A stretch of DNA of 64,000 bases from Deferribacterales bacterium (GTDB lineage Bacteria; Chrysiogenota; Deferribacteres; Deferribacterales; Geovibrionaceae): NCBI GenBank assembly GCA_050251945.1, contig JBFWLW010000001.1:32001-96000 (forward strand). The letters run 5' to 3'. The stretch's first letter is position 1, and the number at the start of each line of letters is the position of its first letter. Under the pieces are notes generated by a model, which saw nothing but the letters and a program-made list of their open reading frames with translations, was not told where the DNA came from and made no database searches. This document shows, one piece after another, positions 39,654 to 48,795 of the stretch. Both the position numbers and the translations under genes were made by a program.

Positions 39654-40434
39654 AGGAGCAGGGGACGCCGGCAACGCATTTTCCGCATACGTCGCTTCCG
39701 CTGCTGACGGCGTTTCCGTCGGAATCAGTATATGATGTTCCGAAATTGTTATAGATAGCGGCGTTTTTGAGAAGTATCTCCTGGCATTTGTGTCTTGCAA
39801 ACCCATCCGGTGTCAGCGCACCCGAAGGACAGCGTTTCATGCACGCGCCGCATTTTCTGTTTCTTTTATAAAGACAGTTCTCTTTTGTCAGCGGCTTTCC
39901 GTGTTCAGTTTCAAAATTCGTTACAATGGAATTGTATCGTCCACAGCATCCTTTCTTTGTTATCAGCATGTTGTTTATGCCGAATGTTCCAAGTCCCGCC
40001 GCCCATGCGAAATGTCTGTGCGACCATCCGCTGATGAGCTTTTCAGTATCAAATGTTGATGTCTGCGGGGCGACGCGCCCATTGATGCCTGCGGATGCCA
40101 GCTCTTTGATAAGGGCTGCGTTCAGCTCTATGAACATGGCGTTTGTCTCTTCGTATGCCAAAGCCCACTCGGGAGAGGCAAGCTCTCCCAAGTGTCTGTT
40201 TGTATCTGCAAGTTCTTTTGTGAAGGGTACGAAATAGACTATCACCGTCTTTGCGTCAGGCAATACTTCCTGCGGAAGCCCGTGGTCGGGTGATATCCTG
40301 TTTTTAAGGTTCTGTATCTCCGGATGATAAGCATCCGCAAACCCAACCAGCGGTTCACCCCACGCCGTTACGTGAGTCTCTGCATGTTTTTTTACGAACA
40401 AGCATATAAAGTCGATTATTTCCTCTTTATGCAT
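39640..40434 (-). CDS. Epoxyqueuosine-reductase-like (QueG-like) Fe-S protein
   Basis: WSHRHFAWAAGLGTFGINN, C.....CGACMKRCPSGA, CGKC..GVPC. Confidence 0.8.
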   Translation of the reverse strand: MHKEEIIDFICLFVKKHAETHVTAWGEPLVGFADAYHPEIQNLKNRISPDHGLPQEVLPDAKTVIVYFVPFTKELADTNRHLGELASPEWALAYEETNAMFIELNAALIKELASAGINGRVAPQTSTFDTEKLISGWSHRHFAWAAGLGTFGINNMLITKKGCCGRYNSIVTNFETEHGKPLTKENCLYKRNRKCGACMKRCPSGALTPDGFARHKCQEILLKNAAIYNNFGTSYTDSDGNAVSSGSDVCGKCVAGVPCSFTSL

Positions 40435-40465
40435 ATTCTCAGGATATACTTTTCAGTAAAAATAA

Positions 40466-42100
40466 TCAATTCCCCGCTTTAATCACTTTTGCGCGCTTTA
40501 TGCCGAACGCATCCATAAGGTCATCAACAAAAACATCGCGGACGGCTACCACAAGCGTGGTTCTTTTGCGCAGAAGCTGTGTTATGAGCCCGTTCCAGCC
40601 ATCGCCGCCTATTTCCAGTCTGCCCGCCTCGTCAATGAAAACGTATTCGGCATCTTCCGCATCTTTTATAACTTTTTCAGTCATTTTGCCGACCGCTTCA
40701 TCGGAGAAATTAAAAGTGCCTTCCGCGTTGCGCATACAGAAGGGGATTTCCTCTCCGGAAACAAGGTCGGTCAGTCTGTAGTCGTCTTTCTTATCTGCGT
40801 AAACGTTGGCTTTGCAGACGAAACCGCATACTTTGAAGTCCGCTTTAAGTCTTTCCGCTTCCTTAGCCATAAACGTTGTTTTGCCCGCATCAACGCCGCC
40901 TGTCACAAGCACAACGTCAGCCTTTATGTCATCAAGCATGTTGTCGGCTGTGATGAGTATTTGTTTTAACGCGCTCATCGGGCTGGTTCTTATGTCTTTT
41001 TTCGTTACGATGGAGCCCATTGCTTTGTTTGTTTCCCACGCAGTCGCCATGGTTCTGTCCATTTTGTCGCCGTACCTTCTGCGTATGGCGGCGGCTATTC
41101 TGGGATGTTTGAATTCGTTCAGTATGCCGTTAATGGCTATTGTCATAAGGCACGCTCTGAACACCATTGCAAGACCGCCTGATATTGCTTTAACACTGAA
41201 CATTCCGCTGTCGCCGGCGTATATAAATGCGCCGGAAAGGAAAGAGATTAAAAGAACAGGAATGAAAAATTTAGGATTAAGAAGCCTTTTAAGCGATCTT
41301 GAATATCTTATCGCCGCGAATATGAAATATATGCCGAGGAAAGGTATTATTGACGGATAGGAGTGCATGAATACCAGCCCGACGAAAATTACGATGAATG
41401 CCAGAGTAAGCCAGACCAGCGAAGGTTTAAAATTTGATGCCGCTACCACTTTCTGTTTTTCAGGTTTAAAGGATGGAACACTTTCTGCATATGTTATCGT
41501 TCTGATGTTGGTTTCAAGGTTATGTCCGGTGAAGGAGCCTATTGCCGAGGCGATAACGCCGCATATGAAATATATCACCAGCAGGGCGATAATACCCCAT
41601 ATGGGGTCTATTTGCTTCAAGCCTGCCAGTCCGGCAGTTCCTTCAAAGAATTTTTCGTAAAGAATGTATATGTTCGGACCGAACATCATGAAAGCGCGTA
41701 TGAATTTGTGCAGTATCGTACATATCAGCGCAAGCCCGCCGCCTATGGCATAACCTATGGGGTTGTTGCCTCCGATGCGTGCGCCAAGCTCCATGAGAAA
41801 CCCCTCAACGGATATGGCGATTGCTGGAACTATCAGGTTCGGGCTGGGCGAAAAGAGCTTAAGCAGTGCGGAAGAAAGCCCCGCTCTGTAAAAAAGACCT
41901 TTCTGCCGCCACCTGACGTTTATTCCGGACATGAGTATTATCGCTATGAAGGTCAGTATATAGCCTTTCATAGGTATCCGCAGGTTGTGAAGCAGCGACC
42001 CGAGAGACATTTCGGAAGTTCCCCATATGCCTCCGGCAACCGCTCCTTTTTCCCATTTTGAAGATGACGTGATCAATTCCGGTTTTTGTGTTTTCCTCAA
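40466..42100 (-). CDS. Multi-TM membrane protein fused to a C-terminal NTPase_1/THEP1-like P-loop domain
   Basis: Many hydrophobic segments, then TGGVDAGKTT (Walker A) and VFIDEAGRLE (Walker B); TTG start with AAGGGGG RBS. Confidence 0.8.
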   Translation of the reverse strand: MRKTQKPELITSSSKWEKGAVAGGIWGTSEMSLGSLLHNLRIPMKGYILTFIAIILMSGINVRWRQKGLFYRAGLSSALLKLFSPSPNLIVPAIAISVEGFLMELGARIGGNNPIGYAIGGGLALICTILHKFIRAFMMFGPNIYILYEKFFEGTAGLAGLKQIDPIWGIIALLVIYFICGVIASAIGSFTGHNLETNIRTITYAESVPSFKPEKQKVVAASNFKPSLVWLTLAFIVIFVGLVFMHSYPSIIPFLGIYFIFAAIRYSRSLKRLLNPKFFIPVLLISFLSGAFIYAGDSGMFSVKAISGGLAMVFRACLMTIAINGILNEFKHPRIAAAIRRRYGDKMDRTMATAWETNKAMGSIVTKKDIRTSPMSALKQILITADNMLDDIKADVVLVTGGVDAGKTTFMAKEAERLKADFKVCGFVCKANVYADKKDDYRLTDLVSGEEIPFCMRNAEGTFNFSDEAVGKMTEKVIKDAEDAEYVFIDEAGRLEIGGDGWNGLITQLLRKRTTLVVAVRDVFVDDLMDAFGIKRAKVIKAGN

Positions 42101-42119
42101 GATCTGCCCCCTTATAATG

Positions 42120-42143
42120 CGTTATATAATAAATAGTATATCG
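42120..42143. promoter_or_regulatory. ModE-type operator upstream of the membrane-NTPase gene
   Basis: CGTTATATA-N6-AGTATATCG versus consensus CGnTATATA-N6-TATATAnCG; lies between a minus-strand TTGACA (42184-42179) and the RBS. Confidence 0.7.
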
Positions 42144-42380
42144 TTCTAAGGAACCTTATATATTACAAAGATTAAGGGTGTCAATACGGTTAAAAACGGA
42201 TGAACGTGCGAATAACGTGTTAAAGGTGTCGCGGGCTTTGTAAAGCCAATGTCGGTCTTTGGTGAAAATAACGTATTAATAATGAAGCGGATATTGTTAA
42301 AATAGGGAGCGATATTTTATCTTTAAATTTTTTTTCTGGCATGTATTATGTCAGATATTTTACAAAGAGGGAGGGGCAAA

Positions 42381-43151
42381 ATGGCAAGAGGAAACGGAAG
42401 AGATCATAAATATATGCTGGACAGATGGAAAAAAAAGTCCGGTTCTTATCCGAGATATAGCGGCAGCAATGACTGTATCGAGGCTCGCATCGTAAGCTCC
42501 ATGAAAAAAGCCGGAATAGATTTCAGCGGCAGGTCGCTTCTGGATGTCGGCTGTGGAACGGGCGTTTACACAATACGCCTTGCTAAAGAAGCGGCAAGTG
42601 TCACCGGAGTCGACATATCCCAAGAGATGCTCTCCATCCTTGAACAGGATGCGGCTGCCGAAGGCTGCTCAAATATAGAAATAATCAACAACCCGTGGGA
42701 TACATTCAACACCGGAGGCAGACAGTGGGATATCGCTGTTTCAACAATGACCCCTGCAGTACAGCTTCCTGATGATTACAGAAAAGTTCGCGACTGCGCA
42801 AAAGAGGCGGTGATCTATCTGGGGTGGGGCGGAAAAAGAGACGTTGAGCCAATAAAATATATGGTTGGCAAAAGTCAGGTGAAACCGCGCGTGTTCAACA
42901 ATTCCCAAAACATGCGTAAATGGCTGGAAGACAACGGGATAGAGCATTATTCAGAAGTGTTTGACGAAGTGCGCCCGAAAGAGATGACATTTGAAGAAGC
43001 AGTGACATACTGTCAGGACGAACTGGAGATAAGCGAGGTTTTCGCGCTTCAGAACGATATTGAAAGCGAACTGCAAAGATTTACCGATGATAAAGGTATC
43101 GTCAGATTTAACATAAGCGCCCGTCTGGAGCTTATCGTTTATAAGAAATAG
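42381..43151 (+). CDS. Class I SAM-dependent methyltransferase
   Basis: LLDVGCGTG, GVDISQEML; ATG 42381 after GGAGGGG. Confidence 0.9.
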   Translation: MARGNGRDHKYMLDRWKKKSGSYPRYSGSNDCIEARIVSSMKKAGIDFSGRSLLDVGCGTGVYTIRLAKEAASVTGVDISQEMLSILEQDAAAEGCSNIEIINNPWDTFNTGGRQWDIAVSTMTPAVQLPDDYRKVRDCAKEAVIYLGWGGKRDVEPIKYMVGKSQVKPRVFNNSQNMRKWLEDNGIEHYSEVFDEVRPKEMTFEEAVTYCQDELEISEVFALQNDIESELQRFTDDKGIVRFNISARLELIVYKK

Positions 43152-43157
43152 AGGATA

Positions 43158-44267
43158 TCAGTTCCCGTTGAGATATTTTTCAATATTGAGTGCTGCCGCG
43201 TGATATCCGCATTTGACCAGTGAATCGAATTCAAATCCTGTCATCTGGTCAAGGGATGTGGGAAGCTGTCTCGCGGCAGTTACTTCGCTGACAGTGAGAT
43301 CATCCGCCTTGGAAGGATACAGCAGAACCGCACTGTCTGAAAGCGACAGGTATACGCCCGAATTGCCGTTGTTTCTGAGGAAGTTCATGAATGAGCGCAC
43401 ACGCAGCAGTCTGCTCTGTTCCAACAGAATATCTATCAATTTATTCGCCTTGCTAAGTGAAAAGCCGTCTGAGAGCGGAGTTTCTATGAACGGGGAACCT
43501 GCATCTGAAATTATCACAAAATCAACGTCCTTTGTGTTGAGCTGAACGTCCTGCTCGCCAACCTTGTAGAATGTTTCGGTGCCGAGGTTGTCGTATAATC
43601 CGCCGTCATAGATGTGAAGCTTTTTATATTCCGGCTTAACGCGCTCTTTTATGCCGGAACCTTTAAATGTTTCTTTCTCCCATCTGTATCTCGACGTATC
43701 TATTTCTATGGGACCTATGCCTATAGGAAATGCCGCAGAGATTGCCATTGCTTTGGCTGTTTTGAACATTCTGGCGGAGGCGTAGCCCGTTCTGTAGTCG
43801 CCCATGGTTTCGTTTTTGAAGCGGAAACGCTGTCCGTTTTCCCCGTTGGTTCCGTTGATTGTCCATACAGGGGTTTGCGGCAGGTCGGCAAGAACCGAGT
43901 CTATCCCCCAGAGCGATTCTATCGTCTGGGAAATTACTATACCTCTTTTGTACAGTATATTTTTCCAGTTTGAGGGTTTTATCAATGCGGACATGCTGGC
44001 TTGCTGTAATGATGTAGCTGTCATCAGATATCGCAATCTGGGGAGTATTTTTTCAGTGAACTGCGGGGCTTTCGGCCATATGTTTCCGGAAAGATGAAAG
44101 ACAAGACCCGTGAACAGGCTTCCTCCGGAGACAGAGGATATGTTTGTCACTTTCCGCATAAGATTATGTTCCGCAAGGAATTTTACCACTCCCGCATGAA
44201 ATGCGATGGCTCTTATCCCTCCGCCGGAAAGCGCAATGCCTATTTTTTTGTCGCTGAGTATCCCCAT
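43158..44267 (-). CDS. Patatin-like phospholipase
   Basis: LSGGGIRA, SSVSGGS (catalytic Ser), YDGGLYDN (catalytic Asp). Confidence 0.9.
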   Translation of the reverse strand: MGILSDKKIGIALSGGGIRAIAFHAGVVKFLAEHNLMRKVTNISSVSGGSLFTGLVFHLSGNIWPKAPQFTEKILPRLRYLMTATSLQQASMSALIKPSNWKNILYKRGIVISQTIESLWGIDSVLADLPQTPVWTINGTNGENGQRFRFKNETMGDYRTGYASARMFKTAKAMAISAAFPIGIGPIEIDTSRYRWEKETFKGSGIKERVKPEYKKLHIYDGGLYDNLGTETFYKVGEQDVQLNTKDVDFVIISDAGSPFIETPLSDGFSLSKANKLIDILLEQSRLLRVRSFMNFLRNNGNSGVYLSLSDSAVLLYPSKADDLTVSEVTAARQLPTSLDQMTGFEFDSLVKCGYHAAALNIEKYLNGN

Positions 44268-44445
44268 TCTCCCTCCAGTGCAACGAACATTAATATCATA
44301 TCAGGGCTTTCTTGGCTACGCCATTGTCTTGTTGTTAAAAAATAGAGAATGTAATTGTATAAATATAAACGGAGATCGCAATGAATGCTATTCTTGAAGA
44401 TTATTATGTTTAAATCACAAGTAACACTTTTCAGAGGATCAGAGA

Positions 44446-44486
44446 GTATGTGGGTGTGATATGCACAGCAATACATAACCACATAC
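44446..44486. terminator. Hairpin downstream of the AT-rich lipoprotein gene
   Basis: GTATGTGG...CCACATAC stem with further internal pairing, immediately after the stop. Confidence 0.45.
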
Positions 44487-44489
44487 GTG

Positions 44490-45779
44490 TTAATTTCCTA
44501 ATACATTAAATTTTACCTGTTGATTTGAAGAACCGCTTGTCAAATTTCCATCTACATCATATTGGACAGCAAGTTCAATCTTTATATCCTGTTTTCCTTC
44601 ATTTATTTCTTTTTCAAAAATGTTCTTTAATCTGTCGGATATATTACCTGATAGGATAACATTATTTTCTGAGTGAGGAGGGAAGCTGACATTGTATCTA
44701 CGAGTAAGTATAGTATCATATAGTCCAATTGATATCTGTTTTATCGTAATAAATTTGGATGTTTTATTTGTTATTGTGATTGGAATATTGATGTCTTTTT
44801 CAATATTAAATTGACTTAAAGAACAATTTAAGTCTTTCAAATTGTATGTTGTTTGTGGGAAATAGTATGAAAGAAGAGTTTTGATATTTGTTTTGAAACT
44901 ATAAATGTTTACGGACACATTTATACCATTTTCCGGGAAATCGTTATAACTGATTGATGATGGGGTGATATTGCTTTGTACTATAAAGCCTTCTTTTAAT
45001 GTAAGTGTCATTTTATAATAGGCATCTGATGAACCACATTTTGAAAAAAGAATCGGATTCATGTGGATAATTCCTTTTTTATTAAGTAATTCCGCTTTCG
45101 GATTGAATGTATAATTTATTTTCTCAATTTTATTAGATTTTATAACATTATTTCTTTCAATTGAGCATAGCAAATTATTTTCTTCATTTTCGTAACGCTT
45201 TTGAATAGAGTTAAGCATTTGTTCAACGTCGGTTTGTAGATTATTACTATCAGCCAAAAAAGGATAGGATGGTATTCCTGCTTTATTCTCAATTACTTGG
45301 TGCACACTTATTTTTATATTATATTTTTTTAGGTTTTGATATAATGAGTTTGGTATTTCAGCTTTGCTGGTAATTTGTACTGAAATTGGAAAACTAATTT
45401 TTGTCAATACTTCCAGTTCGCCCCTATGACCGTTAACGTAATCATATAAAATGAAGTTATTGTTAACTTTAACAATTCTTAATCCTTTTAACATGGTTCT
45501 ACTTGCTAGGTTTTTTACACGCCATGATTGCATCGGATAGTTTGTATATTTAGACTGAAGTTGCATTGCGTCTGAGATTTTTTGAATAATTGTATCATCA
45601 TTATCAAATTGGTTATATGAGTAAATAGTTATATCTCTACTTGCAGTTACTTCTGGTAGTTTTGCCAGGGTGGTCTCAAGATCGGCTGTTTTTAAGCTGT
45701 TTTGAAGATAAGAGCTTGATATTTCACCACATCCAGTCAAAAAAACGCAAATTGATAAAATAGATAAAATGTATTTCAT
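44490..45779 (-). CDS. AT-rich hypothetical lipoprotein, probably horizontally acquired
   Basis: Lipobox FLTGC; composition visibly much more AT-rich than the flanks; N/I/K-rich. Confidence 0.75.
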   Translation of the reverse strand: MKYILSILSICVFLTGCGEISSSYLQNSLKTADLETTLAKLPEVTASRDITIYSYNQFDNDDTIIQKISDAMQLQSKYTNYPMQSWRVKNLASRTMLKGLRIVKVNNNFILYDYVNGHRGELEVLTKISFPISVQITSKAEIPNSLYQNLKKYNIKISVHQVIENKAGIPSYPFLADSNNLQTDVEQMLNSIQKRYENEENNLLCSIERNNVIKSNKIEKINYTFNPKAELLNKKGIIHMNPILFSKCGSSDAYYKMTLTLKEGFIVQSNITPSSISYNDFPENGINVSVNIYSFKTNIKTLLSYYFPQTTYNLKDLNCSLSQFNIEKDINIPITITNKTSKFITIKQISIGLYDTILTRRYNVSFPPHSENNVILSGNISDRLKNIFEKEINEGKQDIKIELAVQYDVDGNLTSGSSNQQVKFNVLGN

Positions 45780-46185
45780 AGTTACACCAAATAATATACT
45801 ATATGCTTATTTAATACACATTATTGCTGTGAAATTCAATTTATTTCTATTAAAATCTATTACTGGATGATATTTCACTTATTTTAATATAATTATTCAA
45901 AATTTTTAAGAATAAGATTTTGTTTTAAAGAACTTGAATAAGTTTAGATTTGAAACTTTTCTTATTATTTCATATCGATTTTTTAGTTGAGGGCTACGAA
46001 TAAAACAAAAAAAATGGTATTGTTGATATGTTTATTTGGTTTTTTACAAATCTCTGATTCAAATTATAATATAAACCGTTATACAATATATAAATACTTG
46101 AGAGGTTTGAATAATGCTTTGTTTTACATTAATAGGATTAGATCTCGAATAGACCGTGGAGGGCATAAGATGACTGATTTGCTGC

Positions 46186-46208
46186 AAAGTGTGCCAGAAA
46201 GTGTGCCA
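46186..46208. repeat. Tandem 11-bp direct repeat AAAGTGTGCCA near the tRNA 3' end (integrase arm-type-like)
   Basis: Exact copies at 46186-46196 and 46198-46208, about 50 bp from the tRNA-Arg 3' end. Confidence 0.6.
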
Positions 46209-46256
46209 AATGAGTTTTGTGAAAAGAAAGTCTTTGTAGATAAAGGAAAAAATTAA

Positions 46257-46330
46257 CGGGCGATGCGGGAGTCGAACCCACTACCTCAGGCTTCGGAGGC
46301 CTGCACTCTATCCTAATGAGCTAATCGCCC
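46257..46330 (-). tRNA. tRNA-Arg(CCG); CCA not encoded
   Basis: GGGCGATTAGCTCATTAGGATAGAGTGCAGGCCTCCGAAGCCTGAGGTAGTGGGTTCGACTCCCGCATCGCCCG folds as a cloverleaf with anticodon CCG. Confidence 0.96.
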
Positions 46331-46864
46331 TTTGCTGAAAAGAACAGTACAATAATCTTCATGTATCTGCAAGTCAAGAACTTCCAGCCCGTGTCGTATG
46401 TAATGCTTTCGTATGTCGTAATGTTCCTCTATCGGGACACCGGAAACCACCAGAAGCCCGCCTTCGTTCAGCGAAACGTAGATGAAATCCGATATCGCCA
46501 GCAGTATATCATAATATATATTGGCGAAGATTATGTCGAAAGTGCCTTTTATGCAGGTTTCAAACCCGCAGGCTATGTGGTTGTTTGTGATGCCGTTCAG
46601 CTCGTTGCACTGCAATGCCGTGCGGCAGGCGTCGAAAGAAACGTCGTATCCTACTGCGGAACCAACCCCGAGAAGCGAAGCGCAGATGCCCAGTATGCCA
46701 GTCCCGCAACCTACGTCCAGCATGGTTTTGCCTGTAAGTTCAATGCCTTCCAGATGTTTTATACATGCTTTCGTGGTGACATGTTCGCCGCTGCCGAATG
46801 CTCCCTGATATATTTTTGCCGTGCTTCCGTTTTTAAGCGGAATTTCAAAAATTATGCGTTCCAT
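46313..46864 (-). CDS. Short PrmA-like (ribosomal protein L11-type) methyltransferase, catalytic domain only
   Basis: AFGSGEHVTTKAC, LDVGCGTGILGI, DIIFANI, LVVSG; ATG 46864. Confidence 0.8.
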   Translation of the reverse strand: MERIIFEIPLKNGSTAKIYQGAFGSGEHVTTKACIKHLEGIELTGKTMLDVGCGTGILGICASLLGVGSAVGYDVSFDACRTALQCNELNGITNNHIACGFETCIKGTFDIIFANIYYDILLAISDFIYVSLNEGGLLVVSGVPIEEHYDIRKHYIRHGLEVLDLQIHEDYCTVLFSKGRLAH

Positions 46865-46989
46865 GGTGAATAAGAGGTAACATATGCACCATTGTAAAAG
46901 CAATAATATAATCATATAGTCTAAAATTCGTTGACAATAGGGCTCTTTCAGCATAATTGTATCCATCAACTTTGTATGTGAGGTGCAAC

Positions 46990-48009
46990 GTGGCAGAATT
47001 TAAGAAAAAAGCAGCCTATAACGTGGCAATTGCCGGAGCAACTGGTGCTGTCGGCGAAACATTTTTGCAAATCCTTGAAGAGAGAAACTTTCCCATTGCA
47101 GAGCTTAAGCTTCTGGCTTCCAAACGCTCAGTGGGCAAAGAGATAACGTTCAAGGGCAAGACATATAAAGTTGAAGAATTGACGCACGACTGTTTTGACG
47201 GGGTTGATATAGCTCTTTTCAGCGCTGGCGGAGGCAGAAGTCTTGATTTTGCTCCCAGCGCGGTAAAAGCCGGAGCAGTGGTAATAGACAACTCGTCCGC
47301 TTTCCGTATGGACAAAAGTGTTCCTCTTGTCGTTCCGGAAGTTAACCCTGGGGATGCTTTTAAACACAATGGCATCATTGCAAACCCTAATTGCACAACA
47401 ATTATCATGCTTGTGGCTCTTAAGCCTCTGTATGACTTTTCAAAGATAAAAAATGTGGTAGTATCCTCATATCAGTCTACATCCGGCGCAGGTGCACAGG
47501 CTATGGAAGAGCTGATGAATCAGGCAAAAGCATGGGCAAAGGGTGAGCCTCTCAAGGTTGAAAAATTTGCTCATCAGATACTCTTCAACGTTATCCCCCA
47601 TGTGGATTCGTTCACTGACAACGGGTATACCAAAGAAGAGCTTAAGATGTTCAACGAAACAAGAAAGATGCTCCACGACGACGAGATAAAAGTGAGCGCA
47701 ACCTGTGTGCGTGTTCCCACGCTGTCCGCCCACTCTGAGTCTGTGACAATAGAGACCGAACAGCCCATCAGCCCTGAAAAGGCAAGGGAACTGTTTGAAA
47801 AGGCGCCAGGACTGAAACTTCTGGACGATCCGGCGAACAACAAGTATCCGATGCCTCTTTTCGTTGCAGGCGGTGACGACTGCTATGTGGGACGTATCAG
47901 AACCGATATCGCAAGACCCAACTGTCTAACTTTCTGGGTTGTGGGTGACCAGCTCCGTAAGGGAGCCGCCACAAACGCTGTACAGATTGCAGAATTGCTG
48001 ATAAAATAA
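46990..48009 (+). CDS. asd: Aspartate-semialdehyde dehydrogenase
   Basis: GATGAVG, DNSSAFRM, ANPNCTT, YQSTSGAG, LRKGAATNAVQIAE; GTG start after GAGG. Confidence 0.97.
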   Translation: MAEFKKKAAYNVAIAGATGAVGETFLQILEERNFPIAELKLLASKRSVGKEITFKGKTYKVEELTHDCFDGVDIALFSAGGGRSLDFAPSAVKAGAVVIDNSSAFRMDKSVPLVVPEVNPGDAFKHNGIIANPNCTTIIMLVALKPLYDFSKIKNVVVSSYQSTSGAGAQAMEELMNQAKAWAKGEPLKVEKFAHQILFNVIPHVDSFTDNGYTKEELKMFNETRKMLHDDEIKVSATCVRVPTLSAHSESVTIETEQPISPEKARELFEKAPGLKLLDDPANNKYPMPLFVAGGDDCYVGRIRTDIARPNCLTFWVVGDQLRKGAATNAVQIAELLIK

Positions 48010-48038
48010 AATTTGTCGGTGAATTTTTAATAGAAAAT

Positions 48039-48069
48039 TTCCCCCGACTCTTTTAAGTAGTCGGGGGAA
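48039..48069 (+). terminator. Hairpin terminator after asd
   Basis: TTCCCCCGACT..AGTCGGGGGAA 11-bp stem. Confidence 0.7.
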
Positions 48070-48302
48070 TTCATTGTTTATCCGTATCTTAACTTGATTT
48101 TAGACAATTGAAATGGTAATAATACTGGCATAAAAATGAACCTTAGTTAATTTAATTTTGGGCGATTTTACTTGCTTTGCGGACATATATTCATTAATTA
48201 TTAATAATTAGTGTTCCTATCTGAATCTGCGGACAATAATTGCTTGATTTTCGGGGTTCATATGTGTATATAATTTTAACTTCTTGATGTTAGGAGGTTG
48301 TA

Positions 48303-48575
48303 GTGAACAAGAAAGAGCTTATTGAGAAAATCGCAGAAATGTCAGGTCTCAAAAAATCAGACGCTGAAAAAGCACTTAAGGCTTTTGAAGAAGCCACAGT
48401 TGAGGCACTTAAAGCTGACGACAAAGTTACACTTGTCGGCTTTGGTACTTTCTCTGTTTCCGAGAGAAAAGAGCGTAAAGGAAGGAACCCCCAGAGCGGA
48501 AAAGAAATGACTATCCCCTCAAAAAGAGTTCCCAAATTTACAGCCGGCAAGCTTTTCAAAGATTCCATCGGCTAA
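48303..48575 (+). CDS. hup: DNA-binding protein HU
   Basis: MNKKELI, GFGTF, RKGRNPQSG, PKFTAGK. Confidence 0.96.
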   Translation: MNKKELIEKIAEMSGLKKSDAEKALKAFEEATVEALKADDKVTLVGFGTFSVSERKERKGRNPQSGKEMTIPSKRVPKFTAGKLFKDSIG

Positions 48576-48603
48576 GACGAATATTTGAAATAGTTTTTGT
48601 TAT

Positions 48604-48640
48604 AAAAAAGCCCTGTGCCACAAGCAGAGGGCTTTTTTTT
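48604..48640 (+). terminator. Intrinsic terminator after HU
   Basis: AAAAAAGCCCT..AGGGCTTTTTTTT. Confidence 0.88.
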
Positions 48641-48795
48641 GTTGCCCGTTTAAAATTGCGTGGTATATTTAACTAGTGCCTGTAAAATAATTTTACATAT
48701 TAGTTTTTATGGCTTACTTTTGAAAATGTAGACAAGTTGTTTGTAATGCTTTATAATCATTTTTTGTTTAATGACTTTGTGTTGTCAGAGGCGGT

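Noticed and set aside
42100..42380. Cobalamin or Moco riboswitch upstream of the membrane-NTPase gene
   Set aside because: No recognisable conserved boxes, and the putative leader is too short
44440..44497. Integron attC site after the lipoprotein gene
   Set aside because: A TAAC end is present but there is no matching GTTRRRY, no integrase and no other cassettes
43158..45779. CBASS or other defence system around the patatin
   Set aside because: No CD-NTase, STAND NTPase or other partner nearby
46186..46210. Sigma54 promoter from TGGCAC on the minus strand
   Set aside because: The GG-N10-GC spacing is not satisfied for either copy
45987..46256. 89-aa ORF as a gene or integrase remnant
   Set aside because: TTG start without RBS in AT-rich DNA and no recombinase catalytic motif
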